A stretch of 64,000 bases of DNA from Armatimonadota bacterium (GTDB taxonomy: Bacteria > Armatimonadota > UBA5829), in the NCBI GenBank assembly GCA_026392045.1, contig JAPLCU010000009.1, forward strand, positions 247 to 64,246. Reading direction: 5' to 3'. Every line of letters starts with the position of its first letter. The first letter of the stretch is position 1. The notes below the pieces were generated by a model. That model searched no databases. It saw nothing but the letters and a program-made list of their open reading frames with translations, and was not told the DNA's origin. Shown here piece by piece: positions 50,901 through 59,410 of the stretch. The position numbers and the translations under genes are program-made.

Positions 50901-51124
50901 GACCCGAACCGGTAGCCTGGTTCTGCTCACACAGGCACAACGCAAATGGCCAAAACGAAGTCTACGCCTACTCGTACCTATTCAGATACTCCATTAGCGC
51001 ACCCAAAGGCGCAGCTAAACTCATGCTGCCTGACAACAACAAAATCAAGATATTGGCGATATCACTCGCGGACATCCCGACACCCGTATGCGCACCCGCC
51101 CAGCCGCTGATGGATACTCTGTAA
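47909..51124 (+). CDS. Alpha-mannosidase (GH38), secreted
   Basis: HLDTQWRW, LPDCFG, FHDILPG and a signal peptide. Confidence 0.93.
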   Translation: MTLIRFGLLGMAATFLVTMAIPGRCELKDNKPDSASPDLSKGATLYTVGYAHLDTQWRWDYPQVINSMIPATMHDNFRLIEAYPNYIFNFSGANRYRLMKEYYPADFEKVKAYVKAGRWFPCGSSMEESDVNVPSAESLIRQILYGNHYFRRELGKASIEYMLPDCFGFPASLPSILAHCGIKGFSTQKLTWGSAVGIPFKVGVWEGLDGSFVIAALDPGDYGGRIREDLSQNKNWLERINQNGKTSGVFADYRYYGTGDQGGAPTEDSVKWVEKSVSGIGPIKIISSSADQLFKDIKPSQIAGLPRYKGDLLLTQHSAGSLTSQAYMKKWNRHNEQLADGAEKTLIAASWLGGMIYPQKKLNDAWTLVMGGQFHDILPGTSIPKAYEYSWNDEILAMNQFSNVMEQAVGVIASAMDTRAKGTPIVIYNPLNVAREDLVEATVPLTAKSARVIGPDGKETPSQIIDRTSDGVKVLFVAKAPSVGFAVYDVQPSEITPKSGNLKVTESSLENARYKIKLNNAGDVSSIYDKLAKNELLSAPMCLAFQYENPREFPAWNMDWEDQSKPPHSYVDGKASIGILENGPVRVAVAVTREAEGSKFTQIVRLSAGSAGNRIEFSDQIDWRSRECCLKAVFPLTVSNPLATYSWETCSVQRGNNDPAKYEVPSHQWFDLTDKEGAYGVSALSDCKYGSDKPDDSTLRLTLLHTPGTRGGYHDQASQDWGKHKINYGLAGHSGDWREGQTDWQALRMQQPLIAFETIKHEGKLGKKFAILKLSDPRIRVLAVKKAEDTDEVILRMVEMDGKKAKSVKISFAAPITTAREVNGQEQPIGLISVKDSALDINFTPYQIRTFALKLGEAPTNMLLPKSTPVTLKYDIQLTSKDGEKSNGGFDKDKRCIPAEMLPSEITESGITFKLGPNDQPNGVTCSGQTITLPKAKSNRVYILAASSPEDQKAIFTLDGEPIELNIQDWGGYIGQWDLRTWKPGTDECNGIIPGYIRPEPVAWFCSHRHNANGQNEVYAYSYLFRYSISAPKGAAKLMLPDNNKIKILAISLADIPTPVCAPAQPLMDTL

Positions 51125-51164
51125 ACGCAAAATGCCCCTCCGGATAATTCAGCATTCATAATTA

Positions 51165-51972
51165 TTATCTCGCCGCTTTAGTCGCCATTTCAGCAATGCG
51201 CACGGCCTCTATGGCATCGTCTATGCCTATTCGCATCTTGTGACCCGGGTTATCAATGGCCTCGATCATATCATTCATCACCATCTGAATACTCTCAGCA
51301 TATACCTGCAGCTTGGGCTCATCCAACTCGATAACTGTGTTCAGTTCGTATTCCACATCATAAAAATACTCAGAGGAATGCGCCATCTGCTCTGGTATCG
51401 GGTCGACCACAACAGCGTTATCCCCAAGCAGTTCCTCGAGCTTTTCGAGGCCCTTTTCATCCGTCCAACCCCAAATTCCAAGCTCAAGAGGAATCCAGCC
51501 AATCATCTCAATCTCGCCAAGGTCGAATGCGAAATGAAAAGTGGTCGTTTCAAGCTCTCTGGGTCTGGAAATCGAATGCCAGATAGTGCCAATTACGCCG
51601 TTTTCGTATTTCACTGAGGCGAAGACTTTGTCTTCCATCCGCCACGCGCTTGATCTCCTCGGCATCTTTCATAGAGAGCGCGAGGGGTTTTTCGATAAGC
51701 GCATGCTTGCCTGCCCGCAAAGTTTGAATAGCAATTTCCTTATGCGAGGAAGGGGGGGTTGCAATAGAAACTATGTCCACATTCGCATCCGCCAGCATTT
51801 CATCTATATTCGTGTAAAACGCAATCCCATCGCCGGGGTTGCGTGAAGAGTCCGCGTCACAAATAGCCGCCACGCGGGCGTTGTCCATCCCATCCCATGC
51901 TTGCCGTATGAACTCGCCAAACCCGCCGTAACCTATTATACCAATCCCTTTTTTGCCTGTCTTATCCGCCAT
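51165..51972 (-). pseudogene. Gfo/Idh/MocA oxidoreductase with internal deletion and frameshift
   Basis: N-terminal GIIGYGGFG...IATPP..H...EKP stops near 51640. C-terminal ED...Y.NG..G is in another frame. The central segment is absent. Confidence 0.75.
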
Positions 51973-52055
51973 ATACATACCTCCTGCGCAAGCCGCTATA
52001 TGCCTATACCCCATAAGCGGTCAGATTTCCTTCACTTTTTTGATGAAGTAGCAGA

Positions 52056-52901
52056 TTATACTTGAATTACCCTTCCCGCCACAACCTCAGCAAAGCGATT
52101 TATAAACCCCTTTACATATTCGCCAATGTCCAGCAAATCGTCCTGGATTAGCGGGGTGAGGTCCATCGCAAAGGTGACGGCGGTGGAAGTGTCTGTGTCG
52201 TGCGAAGCCAGATATGTGGCGTTGGCGCGTTGGCGGCCGATGGTGGCGAGGTCGTATCGCTTGCCGCCGCAGATTTGAGAATCAAACACGCCAAGCAGCG
52301 CCTCGGCGAGATTTTCGTGGGCAGACACATCCAGAACCACTTTGTCCTCATCAATAAGCCAATCCAGCCCACGCCAAACCTCGCAGCCGTAAATGTGCTT
52401 TGGGCGAAGCTCTATGGGAAGCTGGCGAATCGCTTGAATGACTCGCAGGGCGACTGCCACATGCGTATCGTGCTTATCAGCCAGATTATGTGTGTATACA
52501 ATCTCAGGCAGAGCTGCCTTTAGTAGATTTTCTATATCAGAAATCACATTCGGGTTGGAGGGGTCTTTGACCTCTGCACTGGAATAGTCCAGCAGAGCCA
52601 GAGCGCAATACTCGCCCATCGCCGCTGCTTTCTTCTGCTCAATCCGCCGCACCTCGCGCATTTGTTCATCTGAATAGCTGGCGTAAATGCCGCTCCGAGG
52701 GCTCCCAGCGCCGTCCGTGACCACAACCCCCATAAATCCCCTGTCAGCTCGCCCAAAGCACTCGGCGATGCCGTGGTAGGCCATAATCTCGATATCATCA
52801 TGGTGCGCGCCAATCGCTATATGGCTCGTGCGGGCAATAGCCTCACTCTCAGGCAAATCATCCGGCACATATATCTCAGAGCTATTCTTATGCAAATCCA
52901 T
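52056..52901 (-). CDS. PIG-L/LmbE-family de-N-acetylase
   Basis: GAHHDDIE, R..EQ, D.H.TH motifs. Confidence 0.88.
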   Translation of the reverse strand: MDLHKNSSEIYVPDDLPESEAIARTSHIAIGAHHDDIEIMAYHGIAECFGRADRGFMGVVVTDGAGSPRSGIYASYSDEQMREVRRIEQKKAAAMGEYCALALLDYSSAEVKDPSNPNVISDIENLLKAALPEIVYTHNLADKHDTHVAVALRVIQAIRQLPIELRPKHIYGCEVWRGLDWLIDEDKVVLDVSAHENLAEALLGVFDSQICGGKRYDLATIGRQRANATYLASHDTDTSTAVTFAMDLTPLIQDDLLDIGEYVKGFINRFAEVVAGRVIQV

Positions 52902-52919
52902 ATCATCCCTCCACGAGTA

Positions 52920-52948
52920 ATCATAGGAATGAGGCGGGGAATTGTCAA
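52920..52948 (-). promoter_or_regulatory. Sigma70 promoter for the deacetylase
   Basis: Minus strand TTGACA-17 nt-TATGAT. Confidence 0.65.
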
Positions 52949-53043
52949 GATTCTGAATTATGAATTATGAATAAACGGACACTAATTAATTTAGCCGAAA
53001 AATTCCACCGCACATCAGTTTGCGGATCAGATATCCGCGATAC

Positions 53044-53073
53044 AGCATCCGGCAACGGATTTGCCGGACGATC
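53044..53073 (+). repeat. REP-like palindrome (GATC-footed family)
   Basis: AGCATCCGGCAACGGATTTGCCGGACGATC, with compensatory stem changes versus 7844. Confidence 0.65.
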
Positions 53074-53181
53074 AGATAGCTGGACAATAATAAATTTTCG
53101 GGTTTTCGGCATTTCGGGTTTTCGCGATAAATTTCATTCAAAATGTGCTAAAGTATACAATAGACGAGAAAGGGCATTGCG

Positions 53182-54921
53182 ATGGACGGCAAAACAGCAC
53201 GCGAGCGAGCAGACGATTTTCTGAAAATATCGGGCCAGTTCCGCTTGGGTGAACTGGTGACGGAAGCCTCTCACCCCGTCACGGCGAATCTCAGCGAGGT
53301 TGCAAAGAACGACATACCAGCCGCGCTCGACCTGATTTTTGAAGTCGATGGCGATGTTGTAGCCAAATACCGCGAGTTCGCACAAACAGGCCGATTCGAA
53401 GAAATTGCGGGTATAGTGCGAGATGCACTCCTGTCCGGCGGGAGAATCTTCTTCACCGGCTGCGGCGCCACCGGCAGGCTGAGCATTTTGCTCGATTCCA
53501 TCTGGCGTGATTATTGGCAGCGCACCGCTCCATCAGCCGTAGACTGGGAAAACCGCACAGTCAGCATTATGGCAGGGGGAGATTTCGCGCTGATTAAGAG
53601 CGTAGAAGGCTTTGAGGACATCACCGCGTTTGGCCGCCGTCAAATAGCCGAGCAGGGAGTATGTGAGGGAGATATCGTCTTTGCAATCACAGAGGGTGGC
53701 GAGACCTCATGGGTAATCGGAACCGCCTGTGAAGCGCTCGAGCACGGCGCGAAGGTCTATTTCGTCTATAATAACCCAGACGAAATTCTCCGCGAACATG
53801 TCCAGCGCTCCCATGAGGTCATAGACGAACCCCGCATCAAGAAAATCAATCTCACAACCGGCCCCATGGCCATCACCGGCTCCACCCGAATGCAAGCCAC
53901 CAGCATTCAACTATGCGTGATGCTCACCATAATGGAAATGGCTTTGCGGGCCTTAGGGAATAGGGAACAGGGAATAGGGAATAGAAGGGATTTGCCAGAG
54001 CAATTACTGAAAAACCTTGAGGAAATGCACGCAACTTTGCGCTCTGAAACTGTGCGAAGTCAACTCGCTAAACTGGTCGAGCTTGAAGAATCTATTTATC
54101 GGCAAGGTGGTAGAGTCAATTACTTCGCCGATTCGTTGGCTATCGACGTATTGACCGACACCACCGAGCGCTCGCCAACGTTCTGCACCCCACCATTCCG
54201 AAGAAATGGCGACACGCAGGCTTCAGAATCCTGGGCGTTTCTCTTCCTGCCGCACGAAAACACCCAAACCGCCTGGGAGAAAATGCTAAAGCGCAAGCCC
54301 AGGGCTATCGAGTGGGACAGTGAAATCATAAAGCGAATATCGCTTAAGGAGATATATCGGTTCAATATAGGCCTGAATGGGCTCGAAAATCGGCCATTCA
54401 GGCCAGGGGATGGGGCTATCGGGATTATTCACCCCAGCGATGCTGCCCGTGAAACTCTACTCGCCAATCTGCGGCAGGCCGCAGCTTCAGGAGCCAAAAC
54501 CGGCCTGATTTTCTTTGATACACTCAACCAAGAGACCAGAGTCGACGAAGCGTTGTATGTCCCCATGCCGGAAGACAGCTCATTGCTCGGCTTTACCACA
54601 CGCATAGCAGCAAAAATGCTCCTGAACGCCCTCTCCACCTGCATCATGGTGCGCCTCGGCAGGGTTATGGGCAACTATATGATCTATGTAGTCCCATCCA
54701 ATCTCAAGCTCATCGACCGCGCCGCCCGCTACATTTCCAAGCTCGCCGATCTGCCCTATGAAGATGCCTGCCGCTTGCTTTTCGAGGTGATAGAATATGT
54801 AGAACTGCGGATGAAGACAGATCAAGCCTATCCGCCGGTGGTAAAAATGGCAGTCATCAGGGCAAAACTCGGCCTCAGTAACGAGGAAGCCGAAGCATGT
54901 CGAGGGAGAGTGGAGAGCTGA
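53182..54921 (+). CDS. SIS-domain protein, MurQ/GKRP-like (long form)
   Basis: GCGATGRL, AGG..AL..SVEG.ED, GSTRMQA, K..LNALST..MVRLG.V.GN.M..V..SN.KL.DRA. Confidence 0.75.
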   Translation: MDGKTARERADDFLKISGQFRLGELVTEASHPVTANLSEVAKNDIPAALDLIFEVDGDVVAKYREFAQTGRFEEIAGIVRDALLSGGRIFFTGCGATGRLSILLDSIWRDYWQRTAPSAVDWENRTVSIMAGGDFALIKSVEGFEDITAFGRRQIAEQGVCEGDIVFAITEGGETSWVIGTACEALEHGAKVYFVYNNPDEILREHVQRSHEVIDEPRIKKINLTTGPMAITGSTRMQATSIQLCVMLTIMEMALRALGNREQGIGNRRDLPEQLLKNLEEMHATLRSETVRSQLAKLVELEESIYRQGGRVNYFADSLAIDVLTDTTERSPTFCTPPFRRNGDTQASESWAFLFLPHENTQTAWEKMLKRKPRAIEWDSEIIKRISLKEIYRFNIGLNGLENRPFRPGDGAIGIIHPSDAARETLLANLRQAAASGAKTGLIFFDTLNQETRVDEALYVPMPEDSSLLGFTTRIAAKMLLNALSTCIMVRLGRVMGNYMIYVVPSNLKLIDRAARYISKLADLPYEDACRLLFEVIEYVELRMKTDQAYPPVVKMAVIRAKLGLSNEEAEACRGRVES

Positions 54922-55130
54922 GAGTGGAGAGTGGAGAGCACGGAAGGGAAGTAGGGAAGGGAGATTCCCTTCTATTCCCTGTTCCCTGTAACCTATTCCC
55001 TTGTAGTTAAGCTTGCGTTTCGGTCGCAAAAACAGTAAAATTACACCTACCTGGAATAAGCTGGTGCAAGATTAAGCTCGCACCTGCGTCTTGCCCTAAT
55101 TACCAACGCAATTTCACCAGACAGATAAGG

Positions 55131-56750
55131 ATGTGGCCTATGAAGCAATCAATCGCAGCTTCAATAATACTCCTTTTGACAGTTGTTCTCATCACGGGCG
55201 CTCATGCTGAACTGGTTCCCGTGCGAATTTTGATTGGCACACGAGAGGCTATCGCAGCCCCATCAGCCGTATTCGATGGCAATCGGGTGCTGGGATCTGT
55301 TAATATTTTAGAATCGCTCGGCGCGACGCATGACTCAGAGATTGGCGGCAAGATGAGCATCACCAATGCCCTCGGCCGCACATCGGACATCGAAACCGTC
55401 CGTATAAAGGGAAGCACGATGCTTCCGATGAACAAGGTCGCCGAGGCAATCGGCCTGGATTACGCGTGGAATGCTGAAAATCGCACTCTTACTTTAACCG
55501 CGCGGCTGGAATCAGTCGAGTTCGCAGACGGCGTCCTCAAAATCAACTGCACAATACCCGTGAGCTGCAAGGTAAATCACTGGAGCGCGAATAATAAGCT
55601 CATAATAGACATCGGTTCCACCAAGATAGCCACGCCTGCAAATGAGGTTTTTATCGGTTCATCTCTGATTTCCCGCGCCAGGCTCGGGCAGTCTGATGAC
55701 ACAACCGCGCGGGTGGTTTTGGACCTCGAAAAAGACGTTTCCTATAAAGTGAACAGCGCCCCGCTGGATGCAAAGATCGACATTTCCGTCTCTGATAAGA
55801 CCGAGGGCGCTGCCGCTATTCCTCCGGCAATCGGGATTTCGAAGCCATTCACGGTTTCAGACATAAAAATCGAACAATTAGACGATATGCGCTTCCAAAT
55901 AGTGATGTCCACATCAAACAAGGGTTCGTTAAATGCGGCATACGCAGTCAAACCCGCGAAAATAGTTTTGAAGCTGCCGGCGTGCAGCCTTGCGGATACG
56001 GCGAAATCCTACAGCGGCTCCCACCCGTTGCTTTCAGATATGAAAATCACGCAGGACCCGGCAAGCCGCGTTACCAGGCTGGAACTTTCGCTAAAACGCA
56101 CGATGATCTGCGACACATCCATCGACGAAAACTCGATCACAGCGCTGGTCAGGCCTCCCGATAAGAGCGGCGGCGCCCTTGCGGAGAAGCTAATAGTAAT
56201 CGACCCCGGTCACGGCGGAATCCAACCCGGAGCAAAAAGCGGCAGCATCCTGGAAAAGGACATCAACCTGGCCATAGCCCGGGAGGTAGCCGACTCGCTA
56301 CAAAAGCTCGGAGCGAAGGTGATTCTCACTAGATCGACCGATCAAGCCGTAGGTCTCCCCGAACGTCCGGGTGCTGCGGTTGACTCAGGCGCTGACATCT
56401 TTATCAGCATTCACTGCAACTCAAACGGCACGCGTAACAACTTGACCGGCATCGAAACCTATTATCACATGCTTGAACCAAGCTCCAGATTGCTGGCGGA
56501 GGCTGTGCATGACAACGTCTGCACAATTACAGGCATGTGTGATCGCAGCGCGCGCTCAGACGGGCGGCTTTACGCAGGCGGGCTGGCAGTTTTACGCAGG
56601 CTAGAAGGCACCGGCATCCCCGGTTTCCTCGTAGAATGCGGGTATCTCAACAACGCTTCAGATTGCTCAAAGCTATGCAGCGCCGACTACCGCAAGAAAG
56701 TGGCCCAGGGGATAATCAAGGGCGTGAGGGAATACATTGAGGGAAATTAG
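55131..56750 (+). CDS. N-acetylmuramoyl-L-alanine amidase (Amidase_3) with AMIN-like domains
   Basis: IDPGHGG, E, ISIH.N, LVECGYL and a signal peptide. Confidence 0.92.
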   Translation: MWPMKQSIAASIILLLTVVLITGAHAELVPVRILIGTREAIAAPSAVFDGNRVLGSVNILESLGATHDSEIGGKMSITNALGRTSDIETVRIKGSTMLPMNKVAEAIGLDYAWNAENRTLTLTARLESVEFADGVLKINCTIPVSCKVNHWSANNKLIIDIGSTKIATPANEVFIGSSLISRARLGQSDDTTARVVLDLEKDVSYKVNSAPLDAKIDISVSDKTEGAAAIPPAIGISKPFTVSDIKIEQLDDMRFQIVMSTSNKGSLNAAYAVKPAKIVLKLPACSLADTAKSYSGSHPLLSDMKITQDPASRVTRLELSLKRTMICDTSIDENSITALVRPPDKSGGALAEKLIVIDPGHGGIQPGAKSGSILEKDINLAIAREVADSLQKLGAKVILTRSTDQAVGLPERPGAAVDSGADIFISIHCNSNGTRNNLTGIETYYHMLEPSSRLLAEAVHDNVCTITGMCDRSARSDGRLYAGGLAVLRRLEGTGIPGFLVECGYLNNASDCSKLCSADYRKKVAQGIIKGVREYIEGN

Positions 56751-56758
56751 CCAAACAG

Positions 56759-56966
56759 TTATGAGTTATGAGTTATGAATTATGAATTATGAATGCTGAA
56801 TTATGAATTATGAATGAGGGAAGGGAAACGCTTCGCGAATTATGAATGCTGAATTATGAATTATGAATGGGAGAGCGAAGATAGTTCTGAGTTTTGAGTT
56901 CTGAGTTTTGAGTTGGGGAAGGGAAACGCTTCGCGAATTATGAATGCTGAATTATGAATTATGAAT
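56759..56966. repeat. Heptamer tandem-repeat tract (TTATGAA/TTATGAG/TTTTGAG) with internal ~50-bp duplication
   Basis: GGGAAGGGAAACGCTTCGCGAATTATGAATGCTGAATTATGAATTATGAAT at about 56818 and 56916. Confidence 0.9.
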
Positions 56967-57008
56967 TGGGGAAGGAACCTCTGCTTTCCGCTATTACGGA
57001 GTGACATC

Positions 57009-57623
57009 ATGGCAAAAAAGAAATCTAAGAAATCAATGGGCATCGGTTCGCTATTTCTGATAGCGCTGCTGGTATTCGCTGCATTCGGGACGGGAGCGTA
57101 TCTTTACAACACCAAGTTCCGCGGGGTATCGGGTACGCCCGAATTGACCAGGCCACAGAACCAAGCGCCCCTGGTAGACGTAAACGAAGAGAAAAAGGTC
57201 ACTATCTTTGTGCCCGAAGTAACATCAAAGGAGTTTTACCTGAAGCCAATGACTAGAACTGGCGAGGCCAAAGGTGATATACTTGATGTTGCCGTTGAAA
57301 CTCTCCTCGCCACAAACTTGGAAGAAGGAGAGATCGGCGCTTTGATCCCGAAAGGGACCCGTTTGCTCTCACCCGTCAAGGTTTCCAAAGGCATTGCCAC
57401 AGTTAACCTTAGCAAGGAATTTATAGATAATTTCTCGGGTGGCACCAACCAGGAGGCTCTTACGGTAAACTCCATCGCCCATACGGTCGTTAAGAATAGC
57501 GGTGGCAAGGTCAAAGGCGTGCAAATATTGGTAGAAGGGAAGACGGTTGAGACGTTGGGTGGAGACTCCGACCTTACCACACCCATCAATGTGGGTTCCA
57601 CCATGCTCAAACCGGGCAATTAG
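57009..57623 (+). CDS. GerMN-domain protein
   Basis: N-terminal TM anchor, IPKGT.LL, ATVNLS.EF, E..TV.SI..T, VQILVEG. Confidence 0.88.
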   Translation: MAKKKSKKSMGIGSLFLIALLVFAAFGTGAYLYNTKFRGVSGTPELTRPQNQAPLVDVNEEKKVTIFVPEVTSKEFYLKPMTRTGEAKGDILDVAVETLLATNLEEGEIGALIPKGTRLLSPVKVSKGIATVNLSKEFIDNFSGGTNQEALTVNSIAHTVVKNSGGKVKGVQILVEGKTVETLGGDSDLTTPINVGSTMLKPGN

Positions 57624-57625
57624 AA

Positions 57626-58492
57626 TTGAGATCACCTATAGGCATTTTTGACTCAGGACTGGGCGGGCTTAGCGTTGCTGCGCGAGTCCTCAACACACTT
57701 CCAAACGAGCGCATCATCTACTTTGCCGACAATGCGCACGTCCCTTATGGCGAGAAACCGATGGATATTATCCGAGGTTACGCACTTGAAATTACGCAAT
57801 TTTTGATCAATAAAGGCGCCAAAGCCGTGGTAATGGCGTGTAACATGTCCAGCGCCAGCGCCCTGGAAACTGCCCAGAAACGCTTTCCCGAGGTCCCAAT
57901 TATAGGCATGATCGAACCCGGCGCAAGAGCCGCGCTGAGCGTCGCCAATGGAAAACCAATCGGCGTGCTCGCAACTACCGGCACCATCAACAACGGCGCC
58001 TACGCGAGAACCATCAATCATTTGGATGCCGCGTGCAAAGTGGTTGGGCAGGCTTGCCCGAAGTTTGTGCCTCTGGTAGAATCAGGCCAGGCCGAAAGTG
58101 AGGAGGCCAAGGCAGCAGCGCGCATGTATGTGGCCCCGCTTGCAAGCGAATATTGTTCCACCATCATCCTCGGCTGCACCCATTACCCTTTCTTAAAACG
58201 AGCGATAGAGGCCGCCGCCGGTTCGAGTATTGCAATAGTGGACCCCGCCGATGAAGTCACTCGCACGCTCGCGGCCATCCTTGCCAAACTCGGAAAGACT
58301 TCTGACGCCCTTGCATCGCCGCATGAGTTCTACACCAGCGGCGACACAGCTGGCTTCGCATCAATCGGCAGCGCATTTCTGGGCAGAAACATCGACGCAG
58401 TGCAGCATGCCGAATGGGGGATCGATTTAGGGGAGCTTTCAGCAGTCAGCTCTCAGCATTCAGCAGGTGGCTGCTGCGCCCAAAAATCATAG
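57626..58492 (+). CDS. murI: Glutamate racemase
   Basis: GIFDSGLGGL, PYG, ACN, LGCTHYP. Confidence 0.95.
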   Translation: MRSPIGIFDSGLGGLSVAARVLNTLPNERIIYFADNAHVPYGEKPMDIIRGYALEITQFLINKGAKAVVMACNMSSASALETAQKRFPEVPIIGMIEPGARAALSVANGKPIGVLATTGTINNGAYARTINHLDAACKVVGQACPKFVPLVESGQAESEEAKAAARMYVAPLASEYCSTIILGCTHYPFLKRAIEAAAGSSIAIVDPADEVTRTLAAILAKLGKTSDALASPHEFYTSGDTAGFASIGSAFLGRNIDAVQHAEWGIDLGELSAVSSQHSAGGCCAQKS

Positions 58493-58495
58493 CTT

Positions 58496-59371
58496 ATGAC
58501 TGAAAACTACATCACAATAATTGGTATTCTAATAATTCTCGCCATCGGCGCGCTGTTCGTTCGGCTATACTTCCGAATGAAGACGCTCCGGGCGCAGGAT
58601 AAGCAGAATAGGTTCGCCATGTTCCTGGTACTGAGGGAATATGCGTATTGCGACACCAGCCTGGAGAAGATGCTCAAAATAATGGGCAATCTGGATTCTC
58701 CAATGAAGCCAGCTATCGAGGCGGCGTTAGCGGGCGATTTTGCCAAGGCGCAGAGTATTTTGGACGCTGCTGAGGGTGAGATAAATGTGCTGAGCTACCT
58801 CGTTCAAGCGAGAATCAGGCAGGCTGCGGGCGATATTGAGGGCGCCATAAAGGCCGCACTGAACATTCTACAACCGGATGAGGAATGCAGGTCAAAAATG
58901 GCGGCATGGTGCATTCTGCGGGAGCTGGGGCATATACCCAGCGAGCAGGAAGCAAACAAATTGCTGGGCGTGGTATGCGAGTTTACGCTTGGCAAAATGA
59001 TAGCATTGCTTGCGGGTTATGCGGACGGAGACGCGAGGCTGGCTACGAGCAAAGGCTTCGCAGTGGTGGGGGTAATGCAGCAGCATCCCAGCCTATGCGA
59101 TGCCGCAATGGGGCTCGTCAACTCAGCCAAACCGTTTGTCGAAAGTCTTCCAATCGCGGATTCGCATCCATTACCTGAGCCGGGCAGGTTCAGAATGTCA
59201 TTACTCACTCCCGCTGGGCTGCGAGCAATAGAAGTCGCCGAAGCAGAAGTAGTCCGGCCGGAGCACGAATACAACCAGGTCTGGAAGTCGATGCAAAGTC
59301 TTCTTACGAATTTCAGAATAGTGGGCGAGTCCATGGGCAAAACAATAGACGATCAAAGTCCCACATCTTAA
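58496..59371 (+). CDS. Hypothetical membrane-anchored protein inserted between murI and rph
   Basis: N-terminal TM, TPR-like helices, L.GYADG.AR motif. Confidence 0.65.
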   Translation: MTENYITIIGILIILAIGALFVRLYFRMKTLRAQDKQNRFAMFLVLREYAYCDTSLEKMLKIMGNLDSPMKPAIEAALAGDFAKAQSILDAAEGEINVLSYLVQARIRQAAGDIEGAIKAALNILQPDEECRSKMAAWCILRELGHIPSEQEANKLLGVVCEFTLGKMIALLAGYADGDARLATSKGFAVVGVMQQHPSLCDAAMGLVNSAKPFVESLPIADSHPLPEPGRFRMSLLTPAGLRAIEVAEAEVVRPEHEYNQVWKSMQSLLTNFRIVGESMGKTIDDQSPTS

Positions 59372-59410
59372 AACTTATTACTTATCACTCACAACGCTAG
59401 GAGCAATAAC

